Positions 1-8,353 of a stretch of DNA of 17,292 nt are shown one piece after another. Position 1 is the first letter of the stretch, and the number at the start of each line of letters is the position of its first letter. Location: assembly GCA_036679605.1 (NCBI GenBank), contig JAZDCZ010000146.1, positions 1 through 17,292 on the forward strand, written 5' to 3'. The notes under the pieces are model-generated. The model made no database searches, was not told where the DNA came from, and saw only the letters and a program-made list of their open reading frames with translations. The position numbers were made by a program, and so were the translations under genes. This DNA is from Gemmatimonadota bacterium. Lineage in GTDB: Bacteria; Gemmatimonadota; Gemmatimonadetes; Gemmatimonadales; GWC2-71-9.

Positions 1-353
1 TGAAATGGTAGAAGCGATGCAGACCTACATGCAACATCTGGTTGCTCCACGGTAGCGATGCTGCTCGTTATTCTTTTGTGTGTCTGTACCAGAACTTTCC
101 GATTGTTGCACTAGAATGGCGAAAGCTCAGGTGGTGAACTTCCCGATTCGACTCAATTAGAACAAAATTTCAGCAGGAATATGTAGTTTTGAGAAGGCCG
201 AACTCCGCAAAATGCCATGGTACACACTCCGCCGTTCTCGGTCGATCCGGAACCAAGGGGCGAGTCCAACAGCAATCATAATTTGCTGCGAACAGCCCAG
301 ACCCAAGACTCCCCGAATTTCTCCGTTGTCGCATAGCAAGAGCAACAGATCTG

Positions 354-1496
354 TCAGATTCCACTCACCTCAACATCGACTGCGTAGAGACGAAGTTCCG
401 CGGCTGCAACCGGCATTTCATCCGAATCGACGACGACACCACCATCTATTCTCGCGACAGTGGCGCCATCCGTGTTTGTGACGAGCAGGTTACTGATCGA
501 AAAAGTGCTGGGATCCGAGATGTCACAGGGCGAGTCGAATTTGTCGGTGAATGTCAGGTCGATGAAGGGTCCGCTTCCCGCGAGGGTATTGTCCACGAAT
601 ATGGCGTTGTGGAATTCGAGGTCGAACCCGTCGGGCTTGACGAGCAGCACATGAACCGATGAGTCGCTGGGGCCCACGATCGGCGAACTGACGATCGTCG
701 TGGCGGTCGCAGCCTCGGTGTTTGGATAGGCACGAACGTCGCTCAGGCAGGAATTTGGGTAGGAAAAATCGAATTCGATGCTGGCGAGCGACCCTTGGTC
801 CTCATAGAAACGTTGATCGGTGCCTCCGGCTGGATCCGGATCTCGCTTGCCCCGCAGGCGGATCATGCGCTGGGGCTCCAGTTTGGCCTGGAAGTTCGGG
901 AACCCCCCGAGCGCTTCATCTGCGATGGGGTTGGGAAATCCCTGATTCCCCGTAATCGAAAACTTCGGACCGCCAAGCGGCGTAACGCCATCGATTGCCG
1001 CGCGTATCTCGACGAGAAATGGCGGTGTTCCAGAGAAACCCGGGAGTTGTGCCTCGTTGGGCAGATCGAACAGGACCGTCGTGAAGGTCGCGCCCGGATT
1101 TGTCAGCTGGCGCTTGCTACTCGGAGGTGTTTGAAGGGTGAATACGGATCGGACGTTCGCTGCGACGCGGACGGTAAACTCGCCGTTAAGTGGATAGACC
1201 CACACATCGATCCGGTCCGTGTGCAGGTCGTGGGTCTCCCAGCCATCTAGGAGTACGTTGTAATTTGATTCAATTACCATTGCGGCCGTGCTACCGCGTT
1301 CGAGATTGCCAGGTGGGTTGTAAAGCACGGGATCTCCAAGTTGCCCCTCAAACGGGAAAACCAGTTTCTGTGCTTGCGGATATGCGATGGGGTCTGGACC
1401 CAAGTTGCATGCCGATGCGACCAGCGCCATGAGTACACAAAGTATCGAAGGGAGCGAATTCAAGGAGAGCTTGTGTCGGATGCGCTGAGTGACCAT
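354..1496 (-). CDS. Putative lipoprotein (380 aa) with C-terminal cohesin-like beta-sandwich; paralog of 1500..2615
   Basis: Long ORF with a basic N-region, a hydrophobic stretch and lipobox-like LVASA-C30. Shares many blocks with the adjacent ORF (FPxEGQLGD, LHTDR, PPSSKRxLTxPGA, LFDLPN, LEPQRMIRLRGKR, IEFDFxYPxxCL, TLAGxGPxxDLxF). ATG is 3 nt after the upstream TAG. The cohesin-like call is by eye only. Confidence 0.85.
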   Translation of the reverse strand: MVTQRIRHKLSLNSLPSILCVLMALVASACNLGPDPIAYPQAQKLVFPFEGQLGDPVLYNPPGNLERGSTAAMVIESNYNVLLDGWETHDLHTDRIDVWVYPLNGEFTVRVAANVRSVFTLQTPPSSKRQLTNPGATFTTVLFDLPNEAQLPGFSGTPPFLVEIRAAIDGVTPLGGPKFSITGNQGFPNPIADEALGGFPNFQAKLEPQRMIRLRGKRDPDPAGGTDQRFYEDQGSLASIEFDFSYPNSCLSDVRAYPNTEAATATTIVSSPIVGPSDSSVHVLLVKPDGFDLEFHNAIFVDNTLAGSGPFIDLTFTDKFDSPCDISDPSTFSISNLLVTNTDGATVARIDGGVVVDSDEMPVAAAELRLYAVDVEVSGI

Positions 1497-1499
1497 GGG

Positions 1500-2615
1500 C
1501 TACAACTTCTCGACGTCGACAGGATAAATTCGGAAGAGCGCTAGAGAGTCAGTGGCGGCACCGGAATCGATTTTGACAGTCGTCAATGGGCCGATGATGG
1601 GCATTCCATTGACGTCGGTGACGAACAGATTTTCTATCGCGAACTCGCTCGGAAACTCATCTGGGAAAACACCCGGGTCAAGGCAGGTGCTGCCCATTTC
1701 GTCATCAAATGCGAGGTCGAGCAGCGGGCCCGTGCCCGCCAGCGTTGTATCGGCGTTGTTGTAGGTGGGGAAATCGAGCAGAAATCCGAGATCGAATCCC
1801 TTGGGGTCTGTGAGGATCACTTTGACCGTCTCGAGCCCTGCCATTGCATCCACGACCGGAGCGCCGACGAACACAGTTGCGTTTGAAGCTTCTGTGCGTG
1901 CGTAAGCTCTCAGGTTATTGAGGCAATCGGAGGGATAAATGAAATCAAATTCGATTCCAGCGATGGCGTTTTGCCCGATGTAGAAGAGATCATCACCCGA
2001 TAGCCCGCGCTTGCCACGAAGTCGGATCATGCGTTGCGGCTCAAGACTGGGCAGGAACTCGTCAAACTCTGGATACAGCGCAGCAATGGAGTCTGCGACG
2101 ATCGGATTCGAAGTCCCGGATACACCGGTGATCAGAAACTCAGGCGTTGGCGTGGCGACCGCAACTTGATCGATCCATACCTCCACATTCGCAACGAAAG
2201 GAGTTTGCGGGGCTAGTGGGACCGCGCTGGCATTCGGAAGGTCGAACAGCGCGATCGTGACCGATGCTCCGGGCTGCGTTAGGTGCCGCTTCGAACTCGG
2301 CGGAACTGCGAGCGAGAATACTGACCGCGGAATGATCTCGACCGAGTCCCAGACGTCAGGGGCGACGTTGCTCAGCCATATTCTGACTCGATCCGTGTGG
2401 AGGTTGTGAAACTCATGTGAATCAAAGAACGGGATGTACTCGGAGTCGAGCACGATGGCCACGGTAGTTCCCGTCGATGTGTCTCCGAGCTGGCCCTCCC
2501 AGGGGAACAGCAACTGCGCGGGCTCCGTCTGACCGTTGGGCCCCTGATTGCATCCGACGGCAATGATCGCGGAGACCAGCGCTAACAAAACGAGATTTCG
2601 GGTTCCTGTTGTCAC
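1500..2615 (-). CDS. Putative lipoprotein (~371 aa) with C-terminal cohesin-like beta-sandwich; paralog of 354..1496
   Basis: The ORF track starts it at 2648. GTG at 2615 overlaps the upstream TGA (GTGA) and gives a clean signal peptide MTTGTRNLVLLALVSAIIAVG-C22, followed by NQGP (cf. CNLGP in the paralog). Confidence 0.85.
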   Translation of the reverse strand: MTTGTRNLVLLALVSAIIAVGCNQGPNGQTEPAQLLFPWEGQLGDTSTGTTVAIVLDSEYIPFFDSHEFHNLHTDRVRIWLSNVAPDVWDSVEIIPRSVFSLAVPPSSKRHLTQPGASVTIALFDLPNASAVPLAPQTPFVANVEVWIDQVAVATPTPEFLITGVSGTSNPIVADSIAALYPEFDEFLPSLEPQRMIRLRGKRGLSGDDLFYIGQNAIAGIEFDFIYPSDCLNNLRAYARTEASNATVFVGAPVVDAMAGLETVKVILTDPKGFDLGFLLDFPTYNNADTTLAGTGPLLDLAFDDEMGSTCLDPGVFPDEFPSEFAIENLFVTDVNGMPIIGPLTTVKIDSGAATDSLALFRIYPVDVEKL

Positions 2616-2917
2616 CTCGAATCTCTCTCGGACTTTCCAATGAGACACGCATCATATCGCCGTGCAGTGCACGCCAGCCAACACTCCTTGTTGACCCGAT
2701 CGCGACTCAGCGCGCCACATTCAGCGACTAGGCAAATCTCGCGGGCCTTCTCGCAGTAGTCGGGGGCGGCCGAGTCGATTTCCAATCCGCGGACCAAGTC
2801 ATTGGCTTCTCGCTCACTGATCGTGGGCTGTACGCGATCCAGTGTTTGTGCGAAGGCTGAAGAAGCCAGCCCCACGGCGCAGGCCAATAGGCCAAGAAGG
2901 GATCTTGTCGCATTCAT
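2612..2917 (-). CDS. Small secreted cysteine-rich protein (~101 aa), function unknown
   Basis: ATG 2917 preceded by GAGAAGG. Signal peptide MNATRSLLGLLACAVGLASSAFA|Q. Six Cys in the mature part (C-x6-C-x4-C-x11-C-x3-C-x7-C). Stop overlaps the next start. Confidence 0.7.
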   Translation of the reverse strand: MNATRSLLGLLACAVGLASSAFAQTLDRVQPTISEREANDLVRGLEIDSAAPDYCEKAREICLVAECGALSRDRVNKECWLACTARRYDACLIGKSERDSR

Positions 2918-3124
2918 CGTCAGCACCGCCTTCTCGAAGATCGTCGCGAATCTCGACAAGCCTACACCACCAATTCCGCTTCAGGAACCGTCGGCTACCA
3001 ATTGCTTCGACCCGTGATAGGGGGGATAGTCTGAGCCAGCCCACCCAGATCGCATGGGCGCAGAAGACAGCCCCCTCCACCGTCGGCGGCGACGCCGCAT
3101 CGAGTAGAAAGAGTCTCGTCGAAC
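2918..3124. promoter_or_regulatory. Probable divergent promoter region
   Basis: About 200 bp between head-to-head gene starts (2917 minus; ~3125 plus). No specific -35/-10 identified; inferred from gene layout only. Confidence 0.35.
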
Positions 3125-4386
3125 TTGCGCGTTGCCTTTGTCTTCACTGCCTTGATGCTCTCTGCGCCGTGGTTGGAATCAAGCTATATCCGATTCCAGA
3201 GGACGCTGCTTATGTTGGATCCGCATCCTGCGAGTCATGCCACCGAGGGGAATTCGCACAGTGGAGCCAGAGTCAGCACACGAAGATGATGCGACCCGTT
3301 GATGCGCCCGGAGTCACGATCGCGGATTTCGACTCTGAGACGCCCGGACTTGGATTCGACCGTAAGGAGGCCGTTTGGGCCATCGGCGGAAAATGGGAGC
3401 AGCAATTCATGGGCGTCGAGGCTGGCCACGAAACCCTGTTGCCAGGCGTTTGGCTGCGATCAGCGAAGCGTTGGGATTTCAAGGGATGGGATGGATGGCA
3501 GGTGCCCGACCCGCTTCGACGCTGCCACGGCTGCCACACCGTTGGGCTCGATGCTGACACAGGTGTGTTCGTGGAACCGAACATCGGTTGCGAGTCCTGT
3601 CACGGTCCGGGCGAGTGGCACGTCGAGACCCACGGCCTCGGCCGGATATTCGACGGCAATGATGTCCAGGTTTGTGGACAGTGCCACACGCGCGGGCAGA
3701 CCAAGTCCGGGGAGTACTTCTTCCCGGTTTCCTATCGCCCCGGGGGAGACCTCGACGCGGGTTTCGCGCACGACAAGCCTTCTCTCGGACAAAACTCGAC
3801 ATTCTGGTATGGGAACGGCCGCGAGAGGAAGCGCCACCAAGAATACACCGCTTGGAAAAGCGGCGGACATTCCCAGAGCCTTGAGAACCTACGCAGGGGC
3901 TACGACGGTCGCTTCGGAGAAGTGTCGTCTGATTGCTTGGGGTGCCACTCGGCCGACTACATCCGGGCCACCGGTCCCAAACCGCCGTTTGAAAGTGCCC
4001 GGTCCGGAATCACCTGCAATGTATGCCACAACGTTCATGGCCAGCTCGACGAACTGCGGCTTGGATGTGACGGGTGTCATATCGACGGTGCGTACTACCA
4101 TCTGCCGAGCCGAAACGCGAGCCACGTCGCATGCCCGCCCGAAGCTGATACCGGATGCACCGATTGCCACATGCCGAAATCGGTCAAGATCGGGGGCGTG
4201 TTCGCACTTCACGATCACAGCCCCGGCGTCATCGCCCCGTCGGAGACCCAGTCCTGGGGCACACCCAGCAGCTGCTCCCAGGGGGGATGCCATGCATCGC
4301 AAACGCCACAAGCCCTGCAGGAGTTGTTCGAAGTCTACTACCCGACGGGCTCTCACATCGACTTGATTCCTGCCGGCGTTCGATGA
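3125..4386 (+). CDS. Multiheme c-type cytochrome (8 CxxCH + 1 CX4CH; N-terminal cytochrome c554-like module); signal/anchor segment apparently out of frame
   Basis: CESCH, CHGCH, CESCH, CGQCH, CLGCH, CNVCH, CDGCH, CTDCH and CSQGGCH. YVGSxxCxxCH...W..S.H is typical of c554/c552-like multiheme proteins. Start uncertain: in-frame GTG 3169 has no signal peptide, whereas TTG 3125 in another frame encodes MRVAFVFTALML. Confidence 0.88.
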
Positions 4387-4505
4387 TTTCATCGGCGCAG
4401 ACTCACTCTCGAGTTTCATTCTGAGCCGGTTGTGCGTATCATGCCTATTACCGTCACGTGATCGGAGCATCCTCTCCGGTGCGAATATCGTCCACGGCGG
4501 ACAGG

Positions 4506-5174
4506 ATGCTGGCAGTGTCTGGAAGTCGTCTCGTTCGAAATTCCATCAGACAGCGAATGTTCGCTAGCGGCCGTCGCCAAATCGGAATCGCATCACTGAT
4601 TCTCGTCGCCTGGCTTGTCCCAGGAACGTCTCTGGCCGCCGGCAAGGGCGATGTCAACCTCGATTGTGAAGTCAACGGCGCTGATGTCGTGCTGCTGTTT
4701 CAACGGCTGGGCGGCGTCACCCTGATGGCCGAGCAAGAGACGGCAGCAAATGTCGGACCGGCACCGGGTGGAGTTTCGACGCCTGATGCCGTCGTGGATG
4801 TCGCGGACTTGATCGTCTTGATGCGAAGCGTTGCCGGTCTCGTCGGCTTGGCTCCCCGCTGTCCTTTCTTGACAGCGCCTACCGAGAGTCAGACGACGGT
4901 CAATCCCGAAGAGGTATCCGGGACGGCCACGCCGGGAATCCAGTTGACGCTCTATGTCAACGGTGTTGCCCAACAGACCCTTCAGGCAGATCCGCTGGAC
5001 GGGATCCGCTGGACGGGAGCTTCACCTTCGACGAGGTCGTCCTGTACGACGGAACCAACGACATTCACGCGATCGCACAGAACGCGACGCACGACAGCGG
5101 GCCATCGAATACGGTTCAGTTCGTCTTTACGAACCCGATCGACAAGACTCAACCAGACCTCACCATCGATGTGA
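4506..5174 (+). CDS. N-terminal fragment of a frameshifted large secreted protein: signal peptide + type I dockerin-like domain + start of an Ig-like domain
   Basis: Signal peptide ...RRQIGIASLILVAWLVPGTSLA|A (ATG 4506 or 4557). Dockerin-like duplicated Ca-loop/helix GDVNLDCEVNGADVVLL...PDAVVDVADLIVLMRSVAG (4647-4838). Sequence after ~5005 is out-of-frame junk caused by the 14-bp duplication. Confidence 0.8.
   Translation: MLAVSGSRLVRNSIRQRMFASGRRQIGIASLILVAWLVPGTSLAAGKGDVNLDCEVNGADVVLLFQRLGGVTLMAEQETAANVGPAPGGVSTPDAVVDVADLIVLMRSVAGLVGLAPRCPFLTAPTESQTTVNPEEVSGTATPGIQLTLYVNGVAQQTLQADPLDGIRWTGASPSTRSSCTTEPTTFTRSHRTRRTTAGHRIRFSSSLRTRSTRLNQTSPSM
4989..5016 (+). repeat. Perfect 14-bp tandem duplication (GATCCGCTGGACGG x2) causing a frameshift
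   Basis: Copies at 4989-5002 and 5003-5016. Removing one copy fuses the 4458/4506 frame to the 5171..8335 frame. Confidence 0.95.
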
Positions 5175-8100
5175 ACGACGAAACCGTCGTATGGACGCCC
5201 GGAACAGTTCCGCGCGACCCCTATGAAGTGTCAGGGCCGCTGATGATCAATTCGGGCGGCAAGCTGATATTGGTGGAGGGGACGCAGCTCGAGTTTGCGA
5301 GTGGTCAGGCGATCACAGTTTGCGGCGGCGAACTCGACGTGCGTGGGGCAGACGGAAACTCGGTGGTGCTGTTTGCACCAGAGATACCGGTGACACTGTG
5401 GGGCGGCATTGTGGTCGGTGGTGTGGTCGGTGGTGTCGGCTGCGACCCGAGCAGTGCAACGATCGAGTTTGTCACGATCAAGGACGCATCCGATGGCATT
5501 CAGGCGACCGGGTCGAATACGACATTGATCCTTCGTGAATCGCACGTGACAAAAATCGGAAGTAGCGGCACAGGCATCTTGATTGACGATGGCGCAACGG
5601 GAACGATTGAGAACAATACCCTCGACTTCTCTGACGGTAACGGAATTGGTATATCGTTGTCGGCCCCGTCGGTAACGACGTCCGTATTGGGGAACGTGGT
5701 CCGCAATTTTGGCACTGGGCTTCAGCTGCTCGGCGGTTCACCCCCGGTTGACGGCAACAGAATCCAACAATGCCTTACCGCCGTTCACATTAGCGGAGCC
5801 TCCTTCCCTCTGATGACGAACAACATCATCGGTCCCAACACCTACTGGGGGGTCTATATCGATAGAGGCGACTCCTTCTCTGTTTCGATCCCACCAAATC
5901 CAGTCATGCGAAACAACAGTCTAACGGGGAACCCCTTTGGCAATCTTCAGTATGACAATGGGATCGAAAATATTGAGCTCGATGCCAGAGAGAACTATTG
6001 GGGCGATGACGATCCAGCGATCGCGATATTGACGATTGGCCAGGACCCAAACGCCATCGTCTTCCTCACGCTTCCGTTCTTGGACATTGATGGGCTTCCG
6101 ATTTCCATTGATGGCAGGACCGTTGTCTACGGAACGGTCAGTACCCCCACAACCTGGAGCGATCCCGCAGGGTACGCGATTGACGGCACCCTCACGGTGA
6201 CCAACGGTGCGATGCTGACCATCGGTCCGGGTGTTTCGGTAGACCTCACGAATGGACAGAGTGAACGAGCCATCCGGATCGAAGATGGAACTTTGAGCGC
6301 AATCGGTATGGATTTGCAGCGGATTGAGTTCATCGCAACGCCTGGCATGGAATGGGATGGCATTCATGTCGGGCCGGGTTCGTCGATTGTATTCGACTAC
6401 GTGGACGTCAAGAATACGCAGTCCGGTGCACTGACGATTTTCGACACGGAGCCCGGGGACATCGTCCAGATCACCAATTCGATGTTTACGGATTCTTTCG
6501 GCGGCGCCGCCATTTCCCTCGACAACGTCGCAAACGCCACGATTGACAACGTCGTCATCGATACCCCTTCTCAACCTTCGAGTGCGACCACGATCGGAAT
6601 CGAGATCATCGACTCGTCGCCCGTCATCATGAATTCGATCATTGGAAACGTTGCGACTGGAATTTCGGCGACGGGCTCGTCCGACTTCGTCATCGGTTCG
6701 ATGAACTCGTTCACGAATACGATCAGGACAGCGATTTCCGTAATCGGGAACGGTAATCTCGGCGAAATCGCCGACAATACAATCAATACCTCGTGGCGAG
6801 TCGATGCAGGATTCGGCATCGAAATAGTTGATTCGTCGCCCTATATCCATGGAAACTCGATTACAGCATTCGAGACCGGCATCAAGATTGCGCAGGATTC
6901 CCACCCGACGATCACCAATAATACAATCGCAGGAAATATCTTCGGAGTTTGGCTCGAAGGTAGTGGCGGATTTGGTGGCGGGCTTGATCCGAATCCGATC
7001 ATCACCGGAAATACGATTGAGAGCAATATCGGCACTCTCTCTGCCAACAATCCACATCCCTGCTTGAAGGTCGGTAAGAACTTGTGTACGTCGAACTATC
7101 AGTTCGAGTCGCCGTTGCAGATCGATGCTACCGGGAACTACTGGGGCGCAACAACCGAATTGGCGATCATCGGGACGATTCTCGCTCAGTCAGACAACTC
7201 GGTGGTTATCGACATTTCGTTGTATCTCGATGAGGTCAACGGCAATCCTGTCTCAATGGATCCAACATACTCATTTGTGTTGAAGTCGGTCGTCAGTACC
7301 CCCAGCACTATTTCCCCCACTTACGGTGACACGGCAACAATCTCGTTCGACCTCCTCGTGGATGCGAATGTCAAGATCGAACTCTACATAGAGTCTGATG
7401 ACAGCTATTCGCCCACCGCGCCTGTGGGGGATCTGGTGAAGACCGAAGATCTCGGCAGCCTCTCTGCTGGCGCGCATTCCTGGATATGGGACGGAAGAGA
7501 CGATTCCGAGGCCTACGTCGGCGATGAGGCGTACCGCTACGTCATCACCGCAACACGCGGTACCCCTCCCGACCCGCAATTGCCGTCGTCAGTCTTTAAT
7601 CCCCCGAGGCCGCCGGACGAGAGGACTTCCACGGCGGCTGGGCACGAGTTCACACAGATGTACGACGCATTCAAGAACGAGTCTTACATCATGTCAATTG
7701 ACAGCACGGTACCGGTCGGTAAATCAGGTGCTGGTGGCTCGCGAGTTAGATGGCGAGTCGACGAATACGCAAGTGGCCCGGAGATTCGGGGTTGGAAGGA
7801 GCGCGTGCTTCCGATTCGGGACGACAACTTGTTCGTTTATGACGGTAGAGCCGACTCGGGTGTGATCTTCGACGGCAATCTCAATAATTGGTTCTTCTGG
7901 GCTGTCCCCATTTCGGTCGGCCGAAATTCGATCATCGTCGAGAATACAAAGCCTACACCGCGAAACCCGAACTATGACGTGAGCACGTCGCCGCCTCAGA
8001 TCGAAGTGAAGTCCGACCCGTACTTGATCCATCCCAGCTACGAGCAGTTCACGACAATTGCGTACAAACTCGATCAGGACGCGACCGTTACGATGAAAAT

Positions 8101-8335
8101 CCTGAAGCCTGGCTCTGGCAATCCAGGCAGCATGCCAGACGACGTGGTGGCAATCATTTATGACGAAGAGGCGCAGACGGCCGGAACGATCTACCCCGCG
8201 ACGTGGGTCCCACGCGACTCGATGGGCAGGCTCGTCAAGGAGGAGGGAGTCTTCACGTTCTGGATCCGCGCCGAGATCACCGGCCAGCCCAGTCTCTATT
8301 CGGAATATCGGGGCGTCATCCAGGTTCACCCCTAG
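5171..8335 (+). CDS. C-terminal part (1054 aa) of the large secreted protein: right-handed parallel beta-helix repeats followed by FlgD-Ig-like domains
   Basis: PbH1/NosD-like repeats (GIxIxxSSPxIxxNxI), two DAxxNYWG motifs and WxGI motifs. C-terminal FlgD-Ig-like motifs (ATISFDLLVDANVKIELY...SWIWDGRDDS...AYRYVITAT; TIAYKLDQDATVTMKI). This frame is open upstream through the duplication. Confidence 0.88.
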   Translation: MNDETVVWTPGTVPRDPYEVSGPLMINSGGKLILVEGTQLEFASGQAITVCGGELDVRGADGNSVVLFAPEIPVTLWGGIVVGGVVGGVGCDPSSATIEFVTIKDASDGIQATGSNTTLILRESHVTKIGSSGTGILIDDGATGTIENNTLDFSDGNGIGISLSAPSVTTSVLGNVVRNFGTGLQLLGGSPPVDGNRIQQCLTAVHISGASFPLMTNNIIGPNTYWGVYIDRGDSFSVSIPPNPVMRNNSLTGNPFGNLQYDNGIENIELDARENYWGDDDPAIAILTIGQDPNAIVFLTLPFLDIDGLPISIDGRTVVYGTVSTPTTWSDPAGYAIDGTLTVTNGAMLTIGPGVSVDLTNGQSERAIRIEDGTLSAIGMDLQRIEFIATPGMEWDGIHVGPGSSIVFDYVDVKNTQSGALTIFDTEPGDIVQITNSMFTDSFGGAAISLDNVANATIDNVVIDTPSQPSSATTIGIEIIDSSPVIMNSIIGNVATGISATGSSDFVIGSMNSFTNTIRTAISVIGNGNLGEIADNTINTSWRVDAGFGIEIVDSSPYIHGNSITAFETGIKIAQDSHPTITNNTIAGNIFGVWLEGSGGFGGGLDPNPIITGNTIESNIGTLSANNPHPCLKVGKNLCTSNYQFESPLQIDATGNYWGATTELAIIGTILAQSDNSVVIDISLYLDEVNGNPVSMDPTYSFVLKSVVSTPSTISPTYGDTATISFDLLVDANVKIELYIESDDSYSPTAPVGDLVKTEDLGSLSAGAHSWIWDGRDDSEAYVGDEAYRYVITATRGTPPDPQLPSSVFNPPRPPDERTSTAAGHEFTQMYDAFKNESYIMSIDSTVPVGKSGAGGSRVRWRVDEYASGPEIRGWKERVLPIRDDNLFVYDGRADSGVIFDGNLNNWFFWAVPISVGRNSIIVENTKPTPRNPNYDVSTSPPQIEVKSDPYLIHPSYEQFTTIAYKLDQDATVTMKILKPGSGNPGSMPDDVVAIIYDEEAQTAGTIYPATWVPRDSMGRLVKEEGVFTFWIRAEITGQPSLYSEYRGVIQVHP
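5411..5434 (+). repeat. In-frame 12-bp tandem duplication (GTGGTCGGTGGT x2; VVGG-VVGG)
   Basis: Copies at 5411-5422 and 5423-5434. Confidence 0.85.
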
Positions 8336-8353
8336 GGCGCTGGGACGGGTCGC

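Noticed and set aside
1..55. Edge ORF fragments: plus-strand ...EMVEAMQTYMQHLVAPR* (stop 53-55), or minus-strand start ATG 37 with GGAG upstream
   Set aside because: Both are plausible and mutually overlapping; too short to decide without flanking sequence.
3016..3029. G6 tract in the divergent promoter region as a phase-variation switch
   Set aside because: Too short to be notable in a GC-rich genome, and no promoter elements can be placed around it.
2842..3168. Long N-terminal extension of the 514-aa cytochrome ORF, including CLCLHC
   Set aside because: Overlaps the divergent minus-strand gene and is low-complexity. CLHC lacks the following His, so it is not a heme motif. Better explained by a frameshifted signal peptide.
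3125..4386. nrfA / hao assignment for the cytochrome
   Set aside because: No CxxCK motif and no features that let me assign a specific enzyme.
3299..4470. Overlapping ORFs 3299..4366 (+, 355 aa) and 3889..4470 (-)
   Set aside because: Shadow frames of a GC-rich gene; Arg/Ser/Pro-rich with no motifs.
5921..8329. Antisense ORFs 5921..7057 (378 aa) and 7724..8329 (201 aa)
   Set aside because: Antisense shadows of the beta-helix gene caused by codon bias.
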